Below, piece after piece: positions 24,101 to 35,415 of a stretch of 64,000 nucleotides of DNA; position 1 is the stretch's first letter, and every line of letters begins with the position of its first letter. The notes under the pieces are model-generated. The model was given only the letters and a program-made list of their open reading frames with translations, searched no databases and had not been told where the DNA came from. Source of the stretch: Tubiluchus corallicola (lineage: Eukaryota; Animalia; Priapulida); the NCBI GenBank assembly GCA_030141605.1, contig JAQGDQ010000137.1:186001-250000 (forward strand), written 5' to 3'. The translations under genes and the position numbers were made by a program.

Positions 24101-26236
24101 ACAAACACATTTTTCATCAGAAGAGCCAATGTCTGAGGTCTAACAAACATACTAGCATCAGAAAAGCCAATGTCTGAGGTCTAACAAACACATTAGCATC
24201 AGGAGAGACAATGTCTGAAGTCTAACAAACACATTACCATCAGAAGAGACAATGTCTGATGTCTAACAAACACATTAGCATCAGAAGAGCCAATGTCTGA
24301 AGTCTTACAAACACATTAGCAACAGAAGAGCCAATGTCTGAAGTCTTACAAACACATTAGCATCAGAAAAGCCAATGTCTGAAGTCTAACAAACACAACA
24401 GCATCAGAAGAGCCTATGTCTGAATTCTTACAAACACATTAGCACCAGAAGTGCCAATGTCAAATAAACACATTAGCATCAGAAGTACCAATGTCTGAAG
24501 TCTAACAAACACAATAGCATCAGAAGTGCCAATGTCTGAAGTCTTACAAACACAATAGCATCAGAAGAGCCATTGTCTGAAGTCTTACAAACACGAGAGC
24601 ACCAGAAGAGCCAATGTCTGAACTCTTACAAACACAATAGCATCAGAAGAGCCAATGTCTGAAGTCTTACAAACACAAGAGCACCAGAAGAGCCAATGTC
24701 AGAAGTTTACAAACACAATAGCAACAGAAGAGCCAATGTCTGAAGTCTTACAAACACAACAGCATCAGAAGAGCCTATGTCTGAAGTCTTACAAACACAT
24801 TAGCAACAGAAGAGCCAATGTCTGAAGTCTTACAAACACATTAGCATCAGAAAAGCCAATGTCTGAAGTCTAACAAATACAATAGCAACAGAAGAGCCAA
24901 TGTCTGAAGTCTTACAAACACAACAGCATCAGAAGAGCCTATGTCTGAATTCTTACAAACACATTAGCACCAGAAGTGCCAATGTCAAATAAACACATTA
25001 GCATCAGAAGTACCAATGTCTGAAGTCTAACAAACACAATAGCATCAGAAGTGCCAATGTCTGAAGTCTTACAAACACAACAGCATCAGAAGAGCCAATG
25101 TCTGAAGTCTTACAAACACATTAGCAACAGAAGAGCCAATGTCTGAAGTCTTACAAACACATTAGCATCAGAAAAGCCAATGTCTGAAGTCTAACAAATA
25201 CAATAGCAACAGAAGAGCCAATGTCTGAAGTCTTACAAACACAACAGCATCAGAAGAGCCTATGTCTGAATTCTTACAAACACAATAGCAACAGAAGAGC
25301 CAATGTCTGAAGTCTTACAAACACAACAGCATCAGAAGAGCCTATGTCTGAAGTCTTACAAACACATTAGCAACAGAAGAGCCAATGTCTGAAGTCTTAC
25401 AAACACATTAGCATCAGAAAAGCCAATGTCTGAAGTCTAACAAATACAATAGCAACAGAAGAGCCAATGTCTGAAGTCTTACAAACACAACAGCATCAGA
25501 AGAGCCTATGTCTGAATTCTTACAAACACATTAGCACCAGAAGTGCCAATGTCAAATAAACACATTAGCATCAGAAGTACCAATGTCTGAAGTCTAACAA
25601 ACACAATAGCATCAGAAGTGCCAATGTCTGAAGTCTTACAAACACAACAGCATCAGAAGAGCCAATGTCTGAAGTCTTACAAACACAATAGCATCAGAAG
25701 AGCCATTGTCTGAAGTCTTACAAACACAAGAGCACCAGAAGAGCCAATGTCTGAACTCTTACAAACACAATAGCATCAGAAGAGCCAATGTCTGAAGTCT
25801 TACAAACACAAGAGCACCAGAAGAGCCAATGTCAGAAGTTTTACAAACACAATAGCAACAGAAGAGCCAATGTCTGAAGTCTTACAAACACAACAGCATC
25901 AGAAGAGCCTATGTCTGAAGTCTTACAAACACAAGAGCACCAGAAGAGCCAATGTCAGAAATTTTACAAACACAATAGCAACAGAAGAGCCAATGTCTGA
26001 AGTCTTACAAACACAACAGCATCAGAAGAGCCTATGTCTGAAGTCTTACAAACACATTAGCACCAGAAGTGCCAATGTCAAACAAACACATTAGCATCAG
26101 AAGTATCAATGTCTGAAGTCTAACAAACACAATAGCATCAGAAGTGCCAATGTCTGAAGTCTTACAAACACAATAGCATCAGAAGAGCCAATGTCTAACA
26201 AACATCAGCACCAGAACAGACAATGTAGGAAGTCTC
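24101..26236. repeat. 41-bp minisatellite, ~52 units, with higher-order repeat
   Basis: Consensus AGCATCAGAAGAGCCAATGTCTGAAGTCTTACAAACACATT. A 34-bp deletion variant recurs at about 24461, 24986, 25553 and 26079. Confidence 0.97.
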
Positions 26237-27754
26237 AGATAACGGAGGTTCCGCATTCAGTTCACTTAAAATGACGACAATGACGTCATTCTCAAGAAAC
26301 CAACACATTTAAAACACTGATGTTGCTCACGAAATTTGACAGTCACAAAAACATGAAGCACTGTACATCATTTACTTAGATTTCAATGATTTCACTCATT
26401 AATTAAAGTATAGCTGAATGGCAAGAAAGATAACTGTCATAGAGCTGCACGTATGTTCAGTAAAAAGCACAAGTTAATGAGTCTAAATTATAATACACAT
26501 CTGTCTATCTAATATAAGGTCCAAAGTATGGTAGATAAAATAGTGATACTTATTATCTTATGCAATCATGCCACATACTTATGAAATTATGAGTGATTAG
26601 ACATGCATACGTGTTGTGCATATACTAAAGAAATATTTTTCTGGTAATTTTGTTTATTTATTCTTAAAGCAGGCTAACAATTAGTTCGGAGATTGTTAAT
26701 GTGTCAATTGTATTTATGTGTGAATGGGGGCATATGTGCAATAAACAAAAAAAGACACTCAAAAAATTTGGCCCAAAATTATCCAAGTCACTGCTCCTCA
26801 ACTACTTTGCCTGATACTGTTTTTTCCCTTAAATTGTTTAGAGACAGAATTCTGTCTATTTTTACTGCAAGTAATTAAAAGTCATTAGTAATAACAACAT
26901 ATTTAAAATACACTCCATTAATTATTTTAGTGCATTTAATTGAAAGCACAGAGCCACATAAAATTATGTCTTTGTTAACCATGCAAAAGAGGTAATTGCG
27001 TAATAAAGCATACACGTATCTTATTGTTTAGTTATGCTTGCCCATACACACGTAAGCCATAAACACCGTATTTCATAACTTAGTGATGTGCACTATAAAA
27101 ACCATACCTATGACTAAAACCTCATCACACAGTCCTCAATAAAATCTATAACAAGGGCAATGGGGAAGTATATCTGTGTCACGAGTATTTATTTATTACA
27201 ATAGAATTACATACTTAGAAAATGATAATGCTACGTGTCCTTACCCGCAAGATAATAACTTAGCCAGATAACCCTCAGATTCACCACGAACGCAACTGAT
27301 TGCCCCAGGAAGTGATCATGGGTGTCGACATGGATGATTTTTAAACTACCATAGTAATAAAGATTACAGATATTAACTGGTACGCAGATGCGTGGGTAAA
27401 GGCGATTTTTGAGATTTAAACTAGAGATTAACTATAGTTATGGAGATCACATACACCAGCTATTGTAGGTTAGCAGGAAAGTGAGGGTTGCTAACACAAT
27501 CGGGTAGAATGGCCAGAAGCAATAACAAGAAGTACAGTCATGACAGTGTCTTGACAATACTGATAGGTTTTAATGTGATGATGGTGTTAGAATAACCCTA
27601 GCCATTTTATAAATGTAATCTAGTTGGTAATGACTCGATTAAAGAAGTTATTGTTTTTCTGATTATTGAACCAAAACCGCATTAATCCCACAATCAAACT
27701 ATTGTACATCAAAGAAGTCCAAATGCCCAATGAGTCTCAAAATAATTATTTTTC

Positions 27755-27806
27755 TCAGAAGCTTTCGTCCCTCATGGACTTCTGCTGTACATCAGCTGTA
27801 CAGAGA
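27755..27806 (-). ncRNA. Disrupted minimal hammerhead ribozyme motif (Penelope-like element relic)
   Basis: Minus strand CAG CTGAT[gtacagca]GA A GTCC ATGAG GGAC GAAA GCTT CTG. The core is intact if an 8-nt local duplication is removed. Confidence 0.5.
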
Positions 27807-30800
27807 AATACAATAATAAAAATTTAATAACACTACATATAAAGCAAAAGTATACAATTTCATTAAAATAAAGGATATAAAATTGATAAAGCAGCTGTGT
27901 TAAGAAATGAATTAGAAGAAACATTACAATTACTAATTAAGAAAAACAAAACGAAAAATCAAGCTGCTTTAGTTTGGTGTGTTTGTCAGTTTAATTTTAC
28001 TTTTGTTATAAAAAAGTTTTACTATTAAATTCAGATTCACATAAATTCATTTACCTCTTGTAACACACGAAAAAAATCAAGCACATAACAAAATAAGTTA
28101 CTAGTAGTTAGAGAAAGGGTGGCAAAAAGACATAGAGGTTGCCAAATCAGCCACAAACGATTAATGAAAACATAACCAAAACAAAGTTGAAAAGAAAAGG
28201 AATCTTTAAACTAAGACAGGACACAAAGAGAACCCAGGTCTTAGCACCAAGCACATAAATCATGACTGATAATGACCAAGGTGCATTAAGATGACAGAAA
28301 ATTTCCTAAAGACATGTGGAACAAACTTCTGTAAAAGCCTTTTTTCCAATTACTAGTGCACTGAGTGAGTAATAACTGTTATACTTAGCATAGGCTATCG
28401 TTCGCGTGTGATTTAATGAGTTTTGGTGGAAAGGTAGTGTTGTCAGTTGCTGATCATCCAAATGGAACTAGAACATGTTCATGCTGACAAATTGGTCAAT
28501 AAACTTCACATTTACCATGCAAAATTTCAACAGACGTTTCAAGACAAATGTTCAGTTCCAATAATGACAAACAGTTGAACCTTCACAAAAAAAGAAGCAA
28601 ACACAAAAAACACACAAGTGTAATTACTTCTTTTCTTAAAGGTGGTCAGGTATATTGTTTTGTTGTTTTCCAATTAGACTCATTGAGGAATTTGTGTGTT
28701 TGCACGATTGGTGGCTTGAGAATAATGGTATTCTCATACTTTTGATTTGTCAATTCGTAACTGGTAATTTAAATTTTCGTTGCTCGTTAGTTATTTTTAT
28801 TTTATTATGCGAATAGATGAGCATGTGAATGTATCTAGATTAGGTCTTATGAAGGCCTTTGTATAAAATGGACACCATGGTCAAAATGCACATTAATAAG
28901 TTTTGCCCACATCATCCACCAACACTAAAATGTTCGGGACATAATGTGATTACTTTTTCCTTTAAATGTCTGCTTGTAATTACAATGGCTTTTAAAGTAT
29001 TACATTTAAGCTGACTTTTTGAGTTTTAACACATTTTGGTTGAAGTCTAATTATGGTCAAACGTATCCTTAAATATAAATTTGTTTCCTTTAATATAAAA
29101 AAATTTAAAGAAAATCCATCTAGTGCTATCAACTCTCATTTAACAACCTAACACGTTAAATTAATCACCACTGTGCTACCAAGCACAGAGACATCCACTA
29201 CCAACAATCAATAATGCACGCACCTTCCACATATTGTTATTTCTCACACAAGTTGCATACAGTTGTAGTAACGAAAACAAATGGGTGGTAATTTTTAGGC
29301 ATGACATAATTACCTGCTCTAGTACCATCCAGTGCTCTGCATTATAAAGACCCACTAGGTTAGTGACACCACCATAGATACTTCAGGGCTTAAAGTTTTA
29401 GAAGGAAATAAGCAGTTTTTTCTCACTTCTAAAGTTGAATGCAATAAATCAAGGTACCCCACTATTAACACTGACATGGGTCATTTTGAAATGAGGTGCA
29501 AAAATGTAGCGTCACAAATGTGAGAATTAAAAAAACGGAATACCCACTTTGGAAAGGAAGTTAACAGAAAAAATAGAATATCTATAAAATGCATCAGTAA
29601 AGCTTGATAAGCTAAAATAGCAATGCGAACTCATTTTCATTATAATACCACTAAAGTTGTACTAAAATTTGGAATGAATTTTGTGATGAATTTTTTTGTC
29701 GCCTTATAGTTTGATTTCTGGTTTTGTTTGTTTATGCTATATTTGAATGATTCTTTTATAAATAGCTCGATTTTTTGTTTTGTTGTTGTATTATCTTTTT
29801 TTTATTTGATTGAACAAGACTTTTAACTTACAGTTTATTATTTAATTAGTTACTTACAAAAGATATTGGACTTATTTCCTTAATTTTAATTACGTTTAAC
29901 CAATCATCTTTCCAAATATGGCTGCTCAGTTTCTAATAAATTTTAACACTGCACGGTAATTTAATTTATGTAAGGACATAGGTAGTTGATTTGGTGATAC
30001 TTGGTCTTTTCACCACTCGATCTCCCTTCACATATTATTACTATTTTTCTATTTTTGTTCTTATCTGTTTCTACAGTGAATGAGACTAATAAATAAATGT
30101 TCTAGTATATTCTAATACAGCTTCTACTACTCTATCTGTGTAATATTCAACAAACTTTTCGAGTTTCAAATGTGCCGTTATATTTGAATTTTAGAATTGT
30201 GAAAAAGCTAAACCTATTAAACCTACATTTATGAGAATTATGATAAGCTAGCTCTAATCTTTCCTAGGCTCAAGTTTCTGAAAAATACGTAATGCGCATT
30301 TGCCCCACAGGACCTAAATACACGTGAAAAAATTTGAATTCAACTCAGGAGCCTAGAAGGAACTGAGCGACAATCAAAAAACTGACCGGTCTCCCTTTGA
30401 CTCAACGTCAATGGTCACTACACTGTTGCCTCAGCCTCTACCCTGCATGTTTGTGGTCACTCTAGGTACTACGGTTTTGGAGTTATTCACTGTCATGCCG
30501 TAGAAATAAAGAAAGAATAAATGGTTGATTTCGAAGAACATTCTCCAAGTATTGCTACTAATAAGTTCAAGGTTACAACAATACTATCAATAACCATGAC
30601 AATTTTAGTTTGTTAATAGATAGTTATATGTAATTATCAGCAGATTACACGCCTGCTAAAATAAAACTGATTTCTGTTCTAGCAGTACATTGTTCAAAAT
30701 TTCCACAATCCTTATTATATAGAAAGGAGTTCAAAAGACGTAAAACAGCGTTGCCAAATTGAAGAAAATTACCACCGTGCATGATATTTAACATTAGCCT

Positions 30801-31964
30801 AATTCTATTTGTTGACATACATTAATCAATGCGAATAACACACAATTTGTCAAAATTTAGACGTGAACATTAGTTTTTGCTGAAAATTAGAAAAATTTGC
30901 AATGGAGTTCACCTTGTAGAAAGAGAAACAGTTGAACTAGTTTGAGTGCTCTGAATTCTAAAACAGTTTTTTACACTGTTCAAACTGAGCCACGAAATTA
31001 CTGATTAATTTTGCTGCTGCTGTTGATGTGGTTGTTCACGTTGTCATCATCACTGTGGCTGTGATCAGATCAAGTAGAACAGGGTCACAAGAGGGGCAAA
31101 GTTCAACCTAACCTAAACAATACTATCTTTTCATGTATTAGTTCACAACGAACATTCCTGATGTAGTTTTTAGTTTACTAGAGGAACTTATCCTGTGTTA
31201 ACAACAAAGTAGTTCGCTAACACTAAAAAGCGTGGACTATTAGAAAATACAGTGAATACTGGTTTAGAACAGAGCAAACACAATGTTTAGCAATACTGAT
31301 CTACAAAAAAAAAGAATGGTGTTGTACAAGTTATTGCACAAGCGTATTACAGAGAGAAATACAACCCATAAAATGAAAGTTTACACTGCCTAAGTAATAC
31401 AGCGAGTGAGAGCCTATATTTACATTGTGATTCCTCTTTCTGTACGTTCTTAAGTAGTTTTTTGACGAAAGTGTTTAACAACACTCAAGAGTTCGTACCA
31501 GCCGGTATCACAAAGTCACAGATCTTAGCCAGATTGCCAGCAAACCACCACAAGACTAAGGAGTAGATCTGGGTAGCGTAACTACGAGTTCTTTTAAATT
31601 GCCGCCGTTCTACTGGCCAATATTCATTGTCAATCACTAGATAATCAACGGCTGATTATTTCCACGGTTATTGATTTCCTAAACCTGAAGATAAATATGG
31701 CGTGCAAGAAGACAAAAGCACGTTACTTGAAAAACAAACAAAGGTGACCAGTCACGGTGAATTTAGAACGCTCGGGACTTGAAATTATTCATCTGATTAA
31801 ACAAATCACTTCTCTAAATACCGTTTACTAATGCAGGGTATTGTGATAAATGAATCTAAATAACGAGCCAAGCCACTTATTATCTTTCAGTCATTACCAG
31901 GTTAAAGATTAAGAACGCATCTCAAACCGCTTACGTAATGCTGATTTATAAACTTATATGTAGT

Positions 31965-32360
31965 CTTAGAATAAGCAGCAGTATCAAAGGGTGATGTAAA
32001 ACTTCATCACAAAGGCATTTATTTCCAGAATCTCAATATTTCAACAGCTTCTTCTGCCATCGTAAAGCGCATAAAAATTTTTAAAAAGACTATCTGCAAC
32101 TTTGACCAAAAATTATCAATGTCTAAAACGTGATTAATTCATTGGACGCTGATTTTTTTTATATTGATCTTAGACATATTTTTTGTATTCAACGAATTAA
32201 CAATTTATTTAACACATTAATGATTTTTAGGCAAAGTTGCTGACAGTATTTAAAATGTTTTAGGTCACAATAGTAGAAGAAGCTGCTGAAATGTTATGAT
32301 TCTGGAAATAAATGCTTCTGTGATGTCGCCTCTTTGATATTGCTGTTTATATTGCTGCCT
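31965..32360. mobile_element. Foldback/palindromic element (~390 bp)
   Basis: The two halves are reverse complements over most of their length (e.g. GCATTTATTTCCAGAATC / GATTCTGGAAATAAATGC). Flanked by the direct repeat TTATATGTAGT. Confidence 0.85.
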
Positions 32361-33829
32361 TTATATGTAGTTAATTAATTATTTACAATGGTGATATCCC
32401 GTAATGGTAGTAATACCATTATAAATAATTAATTTATTACATACAAAGTTTATAAAGCAGCATTGCAATAACATCTATTAACTGAATTTTGAAAACAACT
32501 TTGAAAAACAGGAAACATGAAAGGTTGGAGCACAGTCTAGGTTTGAATCTGTCACCTTTCGCTTGCATGGCGCAGACATCGATAAAACTAACATCTAACC
32601 CCCCTAAACCCAGAAAAAGAAAAAAGACCATGATAAAGCAGCGATGACACAGTCTGTGGAGTCTGGCAGTGATCATGTGCAGCAACACTCCTTCACTCTG
32701 CCATTCTCGAACAACCGTTCCAAAATGTTTGATTTTAAAATTGAATGAATTTTTTTGCCAAATGTTTGAAATTTGGAGTTGGGCAGCCTTTATCAGTCCA
32801 AGCTCGCTCTCTTTAAAACCTCAAAGTGTAATATTTTGACAGATGATAGTGCGACGCTGTCTTGTCAAATGAACTGCTTAAAAATTCCCTGGTAACCATT
32901 TGTGGTGTATTAGCCAATCACTATTAAACGGCTGCTTGTTCAATATAAACAAAAGCCGCTGTGAACAACAGTTTTCATTTTTTGGTACTCTATCACAATT
33001 CAGGACGCCATCATTTATCGCCCGTCCAATTCTTTGCGCATTTTCATAATGCAAGATCAAAATTTTTTTCTGAAATACCTAATTAGATCGCAAATAAAGC
33101 GTCCATGCTAACAATCAAAGAACTAAGTATTGTAAAAGTGCTTAATCTTTTAGCTACTCACATTTCCTTGTAAATATCTTGTATATTTAAATGAGCAAAT
33201 TTTCTTTCCAATATATCCACGTTAAAGTTTGTCACAAACTTTTCTGTCAGTGGTTGACAGTTTCTTGTCGTCAACATGTTAGTAAGTCGAGCTATTTACA
33301 GCCGGCGGAGCTAATAGCAATTCCACCTGTTCAACCCACGCGATGCATAGCGACTGTGTAAACTTGAACTTAGTCTTAACTAATGAGCGATTCAAACTGT
33401 TTTACTTGAGTGAGTTTCACACAGTCAGTGTGAACGAGTGCAAGGCATTGGACTGTACGCCAGCAAAGTGCCTGCCAGGCAGAACAAACATTTACTACCA
33501 CTACATTACCAACTATAATGTACTGGAAAAACCAAGAGCATCATGGTAAGAATACTTCAAAAATTTAATTTAATTTACTGACGTATATAACATCCAAAAA
33601 TTGGCAGGAATTCACAGGAACATCTCTTTAAGACATTAGAACACTCTTGCAAACATGAAATACCCCTCAATGCAATATAAAAAATTTGCTCCAAACAAGA
33701 CCAGTGGGCACTTGAGGTAAAGGACCAGACTACTACAGTAAAACGGTAAAAATATGAACATAGACTTGGAAAAGAGAATTCTTAGAATACTATCTAATGA
33801 CACAGATAAGATTACAGCTACCAGGAAAA

Positions 33830-34062
33830 ACAATTTTCTGACAGAGATTGCCAAAGATAAGGAGCCCGATCGAAAAAAGGATTTACAAGCATCAGTTCTG
33901 TATCAAAGAAATGTCTGGAGTAAAAATCATCATTATGCTTAAACAGTTAACGGTTTTCTAGGAGAGTTTCACAGACAAGAAGCCCGAAGGCAAATTATTT
34001 CCAAGCAGCTCTGCTGCACCTACGACAAGCCTGGAGTAAAAATGATCAATACACTTAAATAG
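33830..34062. repeat. Diverged tandem duplication, 2 x ~120 bp
   Basis: Shared blocks TTTTCT..GAGA, AGCCCGA, ATTT.CAAGCA, CTGGAGTAAAAAT.ATCA and CTTAAA occur in the same order in both copies. Confidence 0.75.
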
Positions 34063-35335
34063 CAAAGTATTACTTCTCATTATTTTTCTGGTATTACTTT
34101 TGTATTTAAATACTAAAAATAGATGTTTGAACTATCAGTTTGCTCTTTATCGTTAATTAAATATGCATCATATATAGCAGAACTCTTAACTTGCTACATG
34201 TAGTCAAAACTAAAACTCTTAGCGTATGTCTGACTACATAACACTGGGTCAGTTTAGCGAGTTTTTCTCTAAATAATTAATACATAGTAAATTGATTAGT
34301 GCTCGCCAGTTCACAAAACTAAGGCCAACCGGAAATGAGTAATTGGTGTAAAAACACCCTAGGCGACCAATCATGTCAAAGCCGCTTTTTTACATATTTT
34401 CTGACCGCACTAATTGGTCAATTGGCAGTAATCGGTTAAAGAAATCAACTGAAGAAGAAAAGCATTTCAAAGGCTATAGGTGGTCATTGTCCTTGCAGAG
34501 GTAAACAAACGCGGCGTGATGTACAACCTTGTAATTAATCTCAACAATAAGCGGTAGGGAAGAAGTGGCGTTCACTGTTCCAGAGCTGTAGACACTGTGC
34601 TAAACTGGATGTACGTGAACAATGGAGCATTCAGCTCAGAAATGAACTTCAACATGCATTTTGTAAATGTTCCAAATGATTCAAAAGAATGGGAAATCAA
34701 GTGAACTACTGTTAACTGTCCGATTGATACAGTTATCTCTCGAGCCTTGGGTGAAAAGTAAGACCACCGTACCAGATAAAAGACAATAATTAAAGTACAA
34801 TACGAGCCATTTTTAACAGTAGGGAAATGTTATTTTCAGTCATGTATTAATGATAAAGAATTCCTGATTTGCAAATGTACTCTTCATAAATTTGTGATAT
34901 AACCGTTTTGGTGTTTGGACAGTTATTAATGATAATGAAAACTTGGGACATAAATATTACTGATCATACTGGTAATTTTTCCGCAGTGATTACCACAAGG
35001 AATTAACAACATTTGTGTCAAATACTGACAAAGTATACAGTGCTACATTTATTAACTTACAGACTGTAATGCTAAACTCAGGAGGAATATTTATTTTTGT
35101 TACTAACAGAACTACAGGTCAACAAAAAACATATTATAAAATAATAAAATAGTAAAAAAATTACTGTGTGATTCACAAAAGTAAAAGTGATTGTCATTTA
35201 CTTTGTGGTCACCAACATGGGGTATTCATGTTTTCCATGGAATGAAAGAAGCCATGAATTAACGCCACTCTTGTCAATTGGAATTTATCAAATCTAACAT
35301 TAATTCTGTTAAATATGGATCTGCATACATACAAA

Positions 35336-35415
35336 ACACACACGCACGCACGCACGCACACGCACGCACGCACGCACACGCACGTACGCACGCACGCACA
35401 CACACACACACACAT
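35336..35415. repeat. Compound (CACG)n/(CA)n microsatellite
   Basis: Directly visible; it explains the CVCVRA-type ORFs. Confidence 0.95.

Noticed and set aside
24101-26236. CRISPR-like or coding repeat (ORF 25870-26094)
   Set aside because: The units are head-to-tail with no unique spacers, there are no cas genes, and the context is eukaryotic. The 41-bp period is not a multiple of 3 and stops are frequent.
30911-31113. AG/GT-bounded minus-strand segment with a protein-like SDHSHSDDDNVNNH stretch
   Set aside because: The frame required by the upstream phase-2 exon hits a stop from either acceptor, and the protein-like frame is flanked by stops.
33962-34039. Acceptor plus short ORF ESFTDKKPEG... 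as partner of the 33545 donor
   Set aside because: It lies inside a diverged tandem duplication whose other copy lacks the acceptor. The product would be only 26 aa with no recognisable motif.
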